A stretch of DNA of 62,693 bases, filler included, from Bdellovibrionota bacterium (GTDB lineage Bacteria > Bdellovibrionota > Bdellovibrionia > Bdellovibrionales > JAEYZS01), in assembly GCA_963169515.1 (NCBI GenBank). It is 4 parts of 4 records of this genome, joined end to end, with 100 filler letters (N's around TTAATTAATTAA, not from the genome) between each part and the next. Parts side by side here need not be neighbours in the genome. Positions count along the whole stretch, not along the records: positions 1 to 15,989 come from CAUJEF010000056.1; positions 16,090 to 24,452 come from CAUJEF010000057.1; 2 more parts are not named here. One strand, 5' to 3'. How positions within the stretch are numbered: position 1 is the stretch's first letter; each line of letters opens with the position of its first letter. Of the stretch, positions 9,362 through 19,043 are shown piece by piece. The notes under the pieces were generated by a model. The model had not been told where the DNA came from and did not search any database. It saw only the letters and a list, made by a program, of their open reading frames with translations. The position numbers and the translations under genes were made by a program.

Positions 9362-10702
9362 TTAGTAGCCACACGATAAGCCACCACATGGATCATAGTT
9401 AATTGGCTCCAAGTACCAGATTACATTCGGTGACACGCTTAAAGCACTCGCCGTTGAGGGGCTTATCAGCGGCGTGCAATTCGACGTCGCAAATAAATAA
9501 AATGTACGCGTCACGCTTCCGTTTGGTACCTGTGATAATCCAAGCGTCATTTGCGTCGAAGAACTTGTACTGCACCCCACGTACACGAGTGACGAACCCT
9601 CTTTATAAAACAATTGAGCAGATGGTGTGTTGTACGCGCTCCACGAGATTGTTACGGTACATGGATAATCTGTCGAATTTTCAAAATAAATTGGGCAATA
9701 ACCACCTGCTGGCGAAATGTTGATTGATCCTGTTGCGCTTGAAGAGGAAGTCTGTCCGCACACGAGCTGATATGGGATTTGGCCAGATCCGTAGCCGCCG
9801 GCATCGTACTGAAAGCTGCAGTCCATTGTGTTTCCCGATGGCGAACACGGTTGATTCACATAGCTTTCACACGATGGCCCGCCGCTACCGCCAGATGTAC
9901 CATAATTCCAAACGAGGTTTTGAGTTGGCGTCGGTGTTGGCGTCGGAGTTGGAGATGGATATGGCGTTGAAATTGGAGTTGGCGTCGGTGTTGGCGTTGT
10001 TTGGGCTGGATCGGCAATCGTGACTGTCACTGCGCCAGAACATCGGACGAAATCTCCCTCCACATTCTTTACGTAACCGACGCGACCAAAACTTCCAACA
10101 TTTAAAGAGGCATGTGGTACAATAACATCGGTTACACCAACGGCTTTTTTATTATAGTTTTCCTCTTCAACTTCTAGAAAAGCCTGGAGGCCTGTCGGCT
10201 GACTTTTGATCGAATACTGTACTGACTGACCAATGTTATGATTTGTGCCATTGAGCGATTTCAGTTCACAAGAGGCGCCCGCACACCCTCCAGAAGGATT
10301 TACTGTAAATGTATACGTACGCGGGGTCAGTGTGCGATTTCCCTCACGAACCCCAACGACAATAGAATAATCCCCGAGCTGACCCACCGCTGGAAACACC
10401 TGCTGGGAATAGATTGGTGATACTGCAATTGCACCACCTATACGACTGCCTGATTTGTAAATCGTATATTCAAGAGTTCGCCCACTTGGAACCGTGTCAA
10501 TAAGCACGTTTGCCACCTGACCAACCTCAAAGCAGGATTTTGCGCTTTGCGAGGAATTGAATATTTTTACGTTAAATACAACAGGACCCTTTCCAGGATC
10601 GATATCAAAAGTTCCAGATTTTTTTGCACAGTTTTGAAAAAATACAACAAGTGCAAATCCCCAAAACATTGAAAGGTAGAACCCGCCCCGGTTAGTGACC
10701 AT
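9362..10702 (-). CDS. Putative surface lipoprotein (FQNC signal), paralogue of 8206-9348
   Basis: FFQNC signal, (TP)n linker, shared motifs; ATG 10702 preceded by AGGGG. Confidence 0.75.
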   Translation of the reverse strand: MVTNRGGFYLSMFWGFALVVFFQNCAKKSGTFDIDPGKGPVVFNVKIFNSSQSAKSCFEVGQVANVLIDTVPSGRTLEYTIYKSGSRIGGAIAVSPIYSQQVFPAVGQLGDYSIVVGVREGNRTLTPRTYTFTVNPSGGCAGASCELKSLNGTNHNIGQSVQYSIKSQPTGLQAFLEVEEENYNKKAVGVTDVIVPHASLNVGSFGRVGYVKNVEGDFVRCSGAVTVTIADPAQTTPTPTPTPISTPYPSPTPTPTPTPTQNLVWNYGTSGGSGGPSCESYVNQPCSPSGNTMDCSFQYDAGGYGSGQIPYQLVCGQTSSSSATGSINISPAGGYCPIYFENSTDYPCTVTISWSAYNTPSAQLFYKEGSSLVYVGCSTSSSTQMTLGLSQVPNGSVTRTFYLFATSNCTPLISPSTASALSVSPNVIWYLEPINYDPCGGLSCGY

Positions 10703-10823
10703 TTTTTCCCCTAAAAGCGACGCACAGGTCGTCATCTCATTATCGGACATTTGGCCTAAAACATTTAATCAAATTGATACATTTTTTCACTTTAAAACTG
10801 TGTAATTTCAGATAGTTGCAGGC

Positions 10824-11864
10824 CTAGCGGTAATCGTTTAAATAATCAATTTTCACCGGCACCCAATCTGTATTGGGCTCTCCGACAAGCATAGACTTGA
10901 CCGTCTTTTCACTAAGACTGAATTGCGCTGGCAACACATTTCCGTCCTTAAGGGTTTTGATCACCTGATCTACGGCTTCACTTTTTAAAAACCCTCTCTG
11001 CACAAGGTCTTCAAAACTCCACAACAGCTCGTCCATACTGAAGGCGTAATTTGTTAAAAGATCCTGCGCTATGTTTTTAAGGGTCACTATTTCAACTCGT
11101 CTGTCTTGAAATAAATTGAGTGCAATTTGAAATGAATTGTAGGTTGGGACTACTCGGCGGCCAAACTTTGAATAATAGTCCGAGTCTGTATCTGAAATAA
11201 GGTTGATAAATATTTTGTAAACGGGGTCATGATTGGGAACCTGGGACTGAAGGTCTAAAATAGAATCTATTTGCAGGGGCAAAACATTCAAACCCTCAAG
11301 AACCGCTCTTAATTCCCCCTCTGGAATTCGACGTGCGCATATGTCCGAATATAATGAATAAATAATAACGTCTGATTCGCTGTCATCCCCCCACAGAAAC
11401 TGTTGAACGTCATCTTTTAAAAAAATGCGCAGTTGTAGCAGGGCCTGAAGCTTGTACCCCACCTGCTGGGTCAGCCGCCACAACAAGCTTGGTTTTAAAT
11501 TTCTTAAGTTGTCTTTAAAAAAGGCCCCAAAGGGATGAATTCCATCATATTCTAATTTTGCACGAATCCCCTTTTCCATCTGCGGGGGCGAGGCGGTAAT
11601 AAAATAAATTGCAAAGGTTTTTCCCTCCTGCTGCTCGGTCAACGCGCGAACTAATAACTGTGTGCCCGGAATATTTTTTTTCTGAAATGCCTTCTCACGT
11701 ATCGTGCGCCAAACCTCTTTGAGAGTTCCAAAGTTCGTGTCCAAATAGGTTTTGTCCAAATCCCAAACATAAACATATTGAATATTCTTGATGCTTTCGC
11801 GGGGCACATATTGAAACTCAACAACATCGCCGTTTATTTTAGATCTGCTATGCCAATCTGCCAT
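10824..11864 (-). CDS. HAD-superfamily phosphatase (App1/DUF2183-like)
   Basis: WDLDKT (DxDxT), ITASP, LWGDDSESD. Confidence 0.7.
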   Translation of the reverse strand: MADWHSRSKINGDVVEFQYVPRESIKNIQYVYVWDLDKTYLDTNFGTLKEVWRTIREKAFQKKNIPGTQLLVRALTEQQEGKTFAIYFITASPPQMEKGIRAKLEYDGIHPFGAFFKDNLRNLKPSLLWRLTQQVGYKLQALLQLRIFLKDDVQQFLWGDDSESDVIIYSLYSDICARRIPEGELRAVLEGLNVLPLQIDSILDLQSQVPNHDPVYKIFINLISDTDSDYYSKFGRRVVPTYNSFQIALNLFQDRRVEIVTLKNIAQDLLTNYAFSMDELLWSFEDLVQRGFLKSEAVDQVIKTLKDGNVLPAQFSLSEKTVKSMLVGEPNTDWVPVKIDYLNDYR

Positions 11865-11927
11865 TCAGAAGGTTTTCCCGTTGTTCTTTTGTGTCTGATC
11901 GATTAATTATAAAGCCAAGGAAAGCTT

Positions 11928-12689
11928 ATGCAATTCATTGAAATATCGCAATGCAAAACTATTAATTTTAAGCCATTGAAGCCATGGCCCAAACACCTAC
12001 CGTCAATTTCTGTTCGCAACAATCTTATCGCAGGGTTTGATAGCAGCCGCACACTCGCCGTTCAGTTAGATATAGTTTTTGAAGACGCGCTTACTGACTG
12101 TTATCAAAAACTAACTTTGCCTGAACTTGCCCGTCTTTATAAGATTAAACCTGATTTGCGGTGGGATTTCTTGTGTGATTTTTATCACTTCCGCTGGAAC
12201 AGCGATCTCAAAAACATTTTTGAATTATTGACGGAAACCCCACCGAAATTCCAAAATTGGGCAAGCGAGAAAGATTTGGGGATAAAAGATCTGTCACCAC
12301 TGAAACTCTCAATTGTCTCTCCCCAATTTTTAGAACACATTACTCGATACAGTAAGCAGATAGGTTGTAAAGTTCTGGAATGGGGAATTGAGCTCTCCGA
12401 ACACCATTCCTCTGAACGCATTTTACAAAATTCCGAAAATACAGAAAGATGGTACCATGATATTTTTAGCTTGCGCCACCCCATAACTGCCAGCCGGGAT
12501 CAGAACTATACCAACAGAGTAATCAGTACGCCGTGGCCACGGCAAGTGGATGCACAATGGAAACGCGTCGGAGACAAAGCAGGCATTGAAGTTCGATTCA
12601 TCAGCGTAAGCAGCGCGGACTTTCAAAAAAAGTCAGAGGCCTTGGTAAAACTTCAGAGTAAAGTAGAAAAAATATGGAACCCCAACTGA
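11928..12689 (+). CDS. Hypothetical protein coupled to the SPL-like gene (possible degenerate ParB-like)
   Basis: 253-aa ORF overlapping the next gene by 16 nt; ISVRNNLIAGF only weakly resembles the ParB/Srx core. Confidence 0.6.
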   Translation: MQFIEISQCKTINFKPLKPWPKHLPSISVRNNLIAGFDSSRTLAVQLDIVFEDALTDCYQKLTLPELARLYKIKPDLRWDFLCDFYHFRWNSDLKNIFELLTETPPKFQNWASEKDLGIKDLSPLKLSIVSPQFLEHITRYSKQIGCKVLEWGIELSEHHSSERILQNSENTERWYHDIFSLRHPITASRDQNYTNRVISTPWPRQVDAQWKRVGDKAGIEVRFISVSSADFQKKSEALVKLQSKVEKIWNPN

Positions 12690-13789
12690 TTTCGCAATTT
12701 GAAAAAATCTTCATTGATCAGAATTCTGCCGAATCTGCCGTCGTCCAAAGAATTTATAATATCTTCCCTCACAATAAAATTGAAATCGTGAATGAAAAAC
12801 CCTTTCCAGATGCCTTTGGAATTTTAAGCTCCAACGAATTTTCACGTTCGAAACGATTACTTTATGTAACAGAACATAAGGGCCACTTTTTCAAACGCTG
12901 TCCGGGGGCAAAGCCAGGCCTAGCTTGCTGTAACTACTTTGTTTTAAACTTGGGATTACAATGTAATATGAACTGCAGTTACTGCTATCTGCAAAGCTAC
13001 ATAAACACGCCACTCTTGACGATATATTCAAATATTGATCGCGCATTGACGGAACTGAAAGAGGTAGCCGATAGATACCCGCAGCACACATATCGGGTGG
13101 GAACAGGCGAAACAACGGACAGCTTAAGCCTTGATGAAATCACCCTGTATTCAAGAAAGCTAATTTCATTTTTTAAAAAATATCCCCGCTGGACGCTGGA
13201 GCTTAAAACAAAGTCCAGCAAAGTAGACCAGTTTTTAGATGTTGAACACGCCGGGAACGTCATTTGCGGCTGGTCTATGAATCCCCAAAACATCATCGAG
13301 CGCGAAGAGCACCTAACGGCAAATTTAAGCCAACGTCTAGATGCCGCAGGAAAATGCTTAAGTAAAAAATTTAAATTATCTTTTCATTTGGATCCGATGA
13401 TCTGGCATCCCGAATGGAAAGAATCTTATTGCGAATTGGTCGAAAAAATATCTTCAATGTTTAGTCCCGAAGACGCCGAATACATCACTGTTGGCGCCTT
13501 GCGATTTCAACCCGAACAGCGCCACATGATGAGGGAGCGTTTCGGATTGAAGAGCCTTGTGACTCAAGCCGAAGTTTTCCAGGGGAAAGATGGAAAAATG
13601 CGCTACGATATTGAGGTTCGAAATGAAATGTTTGAATTTATACGAAACCAATTTTTATCTAAAAGCCGCGCATGGCGGGTTAGCTTATGCATGGAAGTCC
13701 CTGAAACTTGGTCCATGACAATGGCATCAACCCCGCGGCAAATTCCAGAACTCAAAGAACTGTTTGCTCCGGCAAATACAAACTGTTAG
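12674..13789 (+). CDS. Spore photoproduct lyase-like radical SAM protein
   Basis: CNMNCSYCYLQ (CxxxCxxC), GETTDSL, ELKTKS, FHLDPMI, LCME. Confidence 0.88.
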   Translation: MEPQLISQFEKIFIDQNSAESAVVQRIYNIFPHNKIEIVNEKPFPDAFGILSSNEFSRSKRLLYVTEHKGHFFKRCPGAKPGLACCNYFVLNLGLQCNMNCSYCYLQSYINTPLLTIYSNIDRALTELKEVADRYPQHTYRVGTGETTDSLSLDEITLYSRKLISFFKKYPRWTLELKTKSSKVDQFLDVEHAGNVICGWSMNPQNIIEREEHLTANLSQRLDAAGKCLSKKFKLSFHLDPMIWHPEWKESYCELVEKISSMFSPEDAEYITVGALRFQPEQRHMMRERFGLKSLVTQAEVFQGKDGKMRYDIEVRNEMFEFIRNQFLSKSRAWRVSLCMEVPETWSMTMASTPRQIPELKELFAPANTNC

Positions 13790-13798
13790 CATTTTAGC

Positions 13799-14800
13799 AT
13801 GATAATGTTACTTTCCATAATTATGAGCTTAGGAATTGCGCAGGAACCGACTACGCCGCCACCCCCAATTGATACAACCTATACAACCAAAAAAATAGAA
13901 ATTAACGATGATGTCGAAGCCCCCGTGACACACCAAATTGTTCGAAGACTTGCTCTGTTTCCATTGGCAATTGACGAGTACAAAAAGGAAGCTGATGCTG
14001 CTTGGTGGGGTATTCGCGAATTTTTTGCAAATTCGCAAAGATTTTTAGTCGCCACCAAAAGGCTCATGTCACAAAAAGATGTATTCCAGCCTCGTAAAGC
14101 GATTGTTCCTACTGACGTAATTTTGCTTGCGAAGGTGCTCGATGCCGACTGTATCATTTCCACCTTTGTTAATAAAAATAGCTTGAAAATGATCGCCTAT
14201 GATGGTGACGACGGGTTTCCATTATGGGAAAAATCACTTCCTTTTAATGCATCACTCCCCGTTGAAAAGCAGGTTGAATCCCTCAGCATGAAACTAGCAA
14301 AAGATTTCATCGCATCCCTTCCATATCAAGGATTCCAAATTGTCGATCCGCTCATTGGAAAACCAGTTTACGAAGAAGGTGATGTTAACCTTGCAAAAGT
14401 TGATATCGGGGCAAAAGCTCAAGCGCAGGTTGGCGAACAAGTTCAATGGATCACTATAGAACGACAAAGTTCAGCCCCCCTTTTTCAAGGGGGTGGCTTG
14501 GTTCGCGTGCTCGCTGAAGGAGAAATTATAAAAACTGAAAATCAAACGGTACTTGTTGAGATCAAACGCGTAAATGACGTAAAGCAATTGATCGAAAAAA
14601 GTCTTGTCAGTATTCCATCAGAGTCTGCCCGTCTTCATACCTTATACGCCATTGAAGAGCCTGGCCGGCCTAAAATTTCAACTCTGATGCTGGCACAGCC
14701 AATGCATCCCACTGAAACAAAAAGCTCGCAAGCCCGGCCATTGCTCACATCGCTTGCAAGTGTTGCTGGTCTGGTCGCGCTTATACTTCTAGCATTTTAA
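13799..14800 (+). CDS. Hypothetical exported protein (possible FlgT-C-like domain, C-terminal hydrophobic anchor)
   Basis: Signal peptide; VDIGAKAQAQVGEQV...AEGEIIK beta segment; hydrophobic C-terminus. Confidence 0.6.
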   Translation: MIMLLSIIMSLGIAQEPTTPPPPIDTTYTTKKIEINDDVEAPVTHQIVRRLALFPLAIDEYKKEADAAWWGIREFFANSQRFLVATKRLMSQKDVFQPRKAIVPTDVILLAKVLDADCIISTFVNKNSLKMIAYDGDDGFPLWEKSLPFNASLPVEKQVESLSMKLAKDFIASLPYQGFQIVDPLIGKPVYEEGDVNLAKVDIGAKAQAQVGEQVQWITIERQSSAPLFQGGGLVRVLAEGEIIKTENQTVLVEIKRVNDVKQLIEKSLVSIPSESARLHTLYAIEEPGRPKISTLMLAQPMHPTETKSSQARPLLTSLASVAGLVALILLAF

Positions 14801-15049
14801 TTTTTTTGAAAAAAACTTCTGCAGTAAATTCATATTTACAGCAAGATCGCGCATCCTTTGTCAGACTAAAGTCGTGACGTTGCGCCGGCCCTTGGTCTGG
14901 ATTTCTACAACGTCTAATGACCAAATCCACCCAAAAGCTTTCTAAGTTTTTGTATAATCTCAAAAATTTTTCGATTTTTTTTACACATAAAAATGTTCGA
15001 CAAGAATTGCAACTTTCCATGCGCTAGAGCCTATCTACTGTGGCCGTGG

Positions 15050-15065
15050 CGGCATATTTCTTGCT
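15050..15065 (+). promoter_or_regulatory. Sigma54 (-24/-12) promoter
   Basis: CGGCATATTTCTTGCT has exact GG-N10-GC spacing, about 40 nt upstream of ATG 15107. Confidence 0.6.
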
Positions 15066-15106
15066 GTTGTTGTAAATAAGAGCGTGTATTTCACAGGGGT
15101 GGCCGC

Positions 15107-15989
15107 ATGAATTTAAGATTAGTCTCATTATTATTCGTTTCAAGTATGCTTGCGATTGGTTGTAGCAAAAACATTGATTTTTCATCGAAATTAAATTCAA
15201 GCAGCCTGAGTGCTCCGGATAAGAACTCTGTCAACGGACCACTTATTGTTATAAACGATGATGCCCCATACACTCGATCTATTGGCGTGAATGTTACACT
15301 TAATGCAGAAAACGCCACTGAAATGTACATAACAAATCAAGAACAGTGTAGCTCTGGTGGCGTGTGGGAACCATATAACAGCCAACGAGCATGGGCACTG
15401 GCCGATAGCAATAAAGAGACACGCGTCTATGCCATGTTTCGAAATGAAACTGCTACTTCAGATTGCATAAGCGATACAATTATTCATGACAGCAACGCTC
15501 CTGACATTACATTTCTTGTGGCCCCTCCGGCAAACTCACAAAGCTCTGAAGCTACGTTTCATATCCAAGTTGTCGATCACTTGAGCGGAGTCCGCTTATT
15601 TGAGTGTTCATTAAATGAGGCCGAATTTGTCCCTTGTGATACAGAATTTACTTTGCACAACTTAACAGATGGAATGTACAACCTAAATGTTCGTGCATCG
15701 GACAATGCCGGAAATGACACCGAAATTGCAACCTACGACTGGACAGTGACGTTGCCAGAGCCTACTCCAGTTCCAACTCCAGAGCCTACTCCAGTTCCAA
15801 CTCCAGAGCCTACTCCAGTTCCAACTCCAGAGCCTACCCCAATTCCAACTCCAGTTCCAACTCCAGAGCCTACCCCAGTTCCAACTCCAGAGCCTACTCC
15901 AGTTCCAACTCCAGAGCCTACCCCAGTTCCAACTCCAGAGCCTACTCCAGTTCCAACTCCAGAGCCTACCCCAATACCAACACCAGAGC
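15107..15989 (+). CDS. Lipoprotein with Ig-like domains and PEPTPVPT repeats (truncated at gap)
   Basis: LAIGC lipobox; [16 protein letters not shown]g-like motif; the repeat runs into the N gap. Confidence 0.8.
15754..15989 (+). repeat. 24-bp coding tandem repeat (CCAGAGCCTACTCCAGTTCCAACT)n
   Basis: About 9-10 near-identical units encoding PEPTPVPT. Confidence 0.95.
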
Positions 15990-16089
15990 NNNNNNNNNNN
16001 NNNNNNNNNNNNNNNNNNNNNNNNNNNNNNNNNTTAATTAATTAANNNNNNNNNNNNNNNNNNNNNNNNNNNNNNNNNNNNNNNNNNNN
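15990..16089. other. Artificial contig linker (N44-TTAATTAATTAA-N44)
   Basis: 100-nt N run with a six-frame stop spacer. Confidence 0.97.
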
Positions 16090-16194
16090 ATTTCAATGTC
16101 CAATGTCGATGGAAATGCTTCCGGTTTAAAAGTAAGGGCCGGTGGGATCTTATTTTTCCTAAATTCTCGAACTCGAACCATAGAGACCCTCTAA
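16090..16194 (+). CDS. 3' fragment of an unknown gene
   Basis: Open frame from the gap: ISMSNVDGNASGLKVRAGGILFFLNSRTRTIETL*. Confidence 0.4.
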   Translation: MSMSNVDGNASGLKVRAGGILFFLNSRTRTIETL

Positions 16195-16292
16195 CACACT
16201 TAAATAGCAATACGGACTGATAATGCGCCGTCTCTTAACCTGGGCCGCGGGCCTGGTTGACAAATTTGAACGTGCGCCCATATTGAAATGCA

Positions 16293-16637
16293 ATGAAAAA
16301 CGAGAGCAAACACATAAAGTTAGATAAAACTACCCCCGAGGTTCGGGCGTACATATATCAACAACTGAACGACATCGAACACATGATCCCAAAGGGATCT
16401 GCGATAGCCGTCTCCGTTGATGAGGACAAGACCCACCAAAAAACGGTTTCCATTATCTTAAAGACAGTAATTGGAGACGTCGTCGTTAGTTCCCAAAGCA
16501 CCAACATCTTTGCAGCCATCCAAGCCGCCAAAGATGACCTAGAAGTACAGCTCAGCGATATTTCGAGCATCATCGACGAAGATGATGTCCGCTCAATGGC
16601 TCTAGATCAACTTTTGAAAAATAAATACCTGCATTAA
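16293..16637 (+). CDS. HPF/RaiA-like ribosome-associated protein
   Basis: TTPEVRAYIYQQL...SSQSTNIFAAIQAAKDDLEVQL pattern; TTGACA at 16257 upstream. Confidence 0.6.
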   Translation: MKNESKHIKLDKTTPEVRAYIYQQLNDIEHMIPKGSAIAVSVDEDKTHQKTVSIILKTVIGDVVVSSQSTNIFAAIQAAKDDLEVQLSDISSIIDEDDVRSMALDQLLKNKYLH

Positions 16638-16650
16638 TACAAAGCTATAA

Positions 16651-17316
16651 TCAATTTTTTATAGCAACCGTGAGCCCCTCCCCGGTAGGAATCATCGTTG
16701 CCTTGAATTTCCCACTTTGGGCTAAAAACTTATTTGTTTCAATCATCGCTTCCGAGATATAGCGATCACGATCATCCTTGAAATCCTCACCCAACACCAA
16801 ACCCCACGCAAATGTGTTATCTGCAATGACCATACCGCCGGGCCTCAAATGTTCTGCTGCCCAACGAACATAGTTTGGATAATTTCGCTTATCCGCATCG
16901 ACAAATACCAAATCAAACGGACCCTCGACTTCAATTTTTTTTAGATTATCCGTCGCAGGTCCAACAAAAATCTGAACTCGATCCTTAAAACCTGCCTTTT
17001 CAAACGAAATTTTCGCCTGCTCCGCATGTTTTTGATCGAGCTCCAGGGTGTAAAGCCTTCCCTCTGGATGAGCCCCACGCAACAGACAAACACCCGAATA
17101 GCCAGTCAGTGTCCCGATCTCTACAATTTTTTTAGGTTGGAGGGCTTTTGTTAGAATTTCAATATGAAGGCCATCCATGGCCCCGACTTGAATGGGCGGA
17201 AACCCCATTCGGTGAGATCTCTCTCTGATCTCACTTAAAATTGTATCGTCGGGACGAAAAGTAGCAAGAACATATTTTTCAAGCTTCTCATTTTTTTGGG
17301 AAAACTCTTTTTCCAT
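16651..17316 (-). CDS. O-methyltransferase (caffeoyl-CoA/TrmR-like family 3)
   Basis: VEIGTLTGYS, FDLVFVDADK, ADN. Confidence 0.9.
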   Translation of the reverse strand: MEKEFSQKNEKLEKYVLATFRPDDTILSEIRERSHRMGFPPIQVGAMDGLHIEILTKALQPKKIVEIGTLTGYSGVCLLRGAHPEGRLYTLELDQKHAEQAKISFEKAGFKDRVQIFVGPATDNLKKIEVEGPFDLVFVDADKRNYPNYVRWAAEHLRPGGMVIADNTFAWGLVLGEDFKDDRDRYISEAMIETNKFLAQSGKFKATMIPTGEGLTVAIKN

Positions 17317-17407
17317 AACGGCAAAAAAGTAACATGTTGTTGGTTCGGTTGAAAGTTACAACTGAACATTGAAAGTTGACACGCAGGGGCGCACGGTGCC
17401 TGGCACT

Positions 17408-18580
17408 CTATTCAAGGTCGGTAGTGATGTTTTTTTGGTGGGCTTCGATTGTACCCCCACCGATTTCAAGTAGCTTGGCATCCCGCCATAAACGTTCGAC
17501 CACATATTCGCCAACATAGCCGTAACCACCCATAACCTGCATTGCGCGGTCTGCAACCCGCTTCCCCATCGGAGCCGCAACCAACTTCACGGCATCTGAA
17601 TCCAAGCGGTTACCCGCTTTATTCAAATCGATTTTGCGTGCAACATCATATACATATGTCCGACAGGCCATAAACTCTGCATAGCTATCACCGATATAGC
17701 GTTGAATTTGCCCAAACTTGCGAAGCGGTTTTCCAAAAGCGACACGATCGGTAGCATATTTATTCATTTCTTCAACTGACCGTTTACCGATCCCCAGGCT
17801 CATCGCAGCCAAAGTGATGCGCTCTACTTCTAAATTTCGCATCATGTGAACGGTGGAGTCACCTTCTTTGCCAAGCAAATTTTTAACTGGCACTTTGCAC
17901 CCTTCAAAAACAAGCTCCGCCGTGTTTGATCCGCGCATCCCCGTTTTGTCCATGATTTTTTGTCCAACGGAAAATCCAGGCATTCCCTTTTCAATGACAA
18001 ATGTAGAAACCGCATTCTTGTCTGTTCCCGTTTTTGCATAAACCAAAACGGCGTCGCATGGGGTTTTGTTATCGTCTATCGCCCCATTTGTAATCCACAT
18101 TTTGCGGCCGTTAAGCACATAATGATCCCCTGATTTTTGCGCTGTTGTTTTCATGCCCAAAGCATCGGTTCCAAAATCTGGCTCTGACATGGCCATCGCG
18201 CCAATCCATTCACCCGAAGACAGTTTTGGGAGCCAGCGCTTTTTTTGCTCAGGGTCCGCGTTGTGGGAAATATTGTTTGCACACAACATCGCGTGCGCAA
18301 GATAAGCCAACGTAAATCCAGGATCAGACGCCGCCAATTCTTCATGGACAATTACCGCCGCAACTGCATCCATACCAGAACCACCATATTCTTCTGGCAC
18401 AGTAATACCCAAAAGTCCCAGTGGTCCCAATTTTCTAAGTAATTCGAGGTTAAATTTTTCCTTACGATCATGCTCTAAAGCTTGGGGCTCAACCTCTTCC
18501 CGAACAAAATCGCAAACAGTTTTGCGGAGCATTTTGTGTTCTTCAGTCGGATTGAAAAGATCAAAGTCTTTAAGGTTCAT
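17408..18580 (-). CDS. Acyl-CoA dehydrogenase (isovaleryl-CoA dehydrogenase-like)
   Basis: AMSEPDFGTD, KMWITNG, GMRGSNT, LEIGGGT. Confidence 0.92.
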   Translation of the reverse strand: MNLKDFDLFNPTEEHKMLRKTVCDFVREEVEPQALEHDRKEKFNLELLRKLGPLGLLGITVPEEYGGSGMDAVAAVIVHEELAASDPGFTLAYLAHAMLCANNISHNADPEQKKRWLPKLSSGEWIGAMAMSEPDFGTDALGMKTTAQKSGDHYVLNGRKMWITNGAIDDNKTPCDAVLVYAKTGTDKNAVSTFVIEKGMPGFSVGQKIMDKTGMRGSNTAELVFEGCKVPVKNLLGKEGDSTVHMMRNLEVERITLAAMSLGIGKRSVEEMNKYATDRVAFGKPLRKFGQIQRYIGDSYAEFMACRTYVYDVARKIDLNKAGNRLDSDAVKLVAAPMGKRVADRAMQVMGGYGYVGEYVVERLWRDAKLLEIGGGTIEAHQKNITTDLE

Positions 18581-18692
18581 AAAGGCCTCACAGTAATGAA
18601 ATATATTGTAATTTATATGACAACGCGTTGTCGAAGTAAATCTTCGTTGCTATATTGAAAACCATGAAATCATTAGTCCCAACGCTTTGATT

Positions 18693-18989
18693 TTATTTTG
18701 TGACTGACATTGCACTATCGACCGCACTTTTCATCTCTTCAAGGCTATCTTGTTTCAGTTTTAGGTGCCACTCCCCCTTCGGATAGATCACCGCGGTAAT
18801 CCCCTGTGCGCAAAAGTCTAAACAGCCTGACTTATTAATCCGAATGCGCCCACCATACTTTTCCTTGGCCCATAGCTTAAGTTCTTCGTGCAATACGGCC
18901 GAACCCTTATCTGCACAGCACTCTTTACCCTCGCTTTTTTTGTTGGTGCAAATGAACACATGACATTCAAACAAATTCTTTGTAATCAC
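18693..18989 (-). CDS. Thioredoxin-like [2Fe-2S] ferredoxin
   Basis: HVFICTN...CC...RINKSGCLDFCAQG...VIYP. Confidence 0.9.
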   Translation of the reverse strand: MITKNLFECHVFICTNKKSEGKECCADKGSAVLHEELKLWAKEKYGGRIRINKSGCLDFCAQGITAVIYPKGEWHLKLKQDSLEEMKSAVDSAMSVTK

Positions 18990-19043
18990 TCGACTCCCCT
19001 ATGGGTGTTCTATAGAATATTAAAGTTATAAGGCCAACAAATT

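Noticed and set aside
15754..15989. Regular repeats as a possible CRISPR array
   Set aside because: No unique spacers; an in-frame coding tandem repeat; no cas genes
16034..16045. TTAATTAATTAA palindromes (also in the other two gaps)
   Set aside because: Artificial six-frame-stop spacers flanked by Ns
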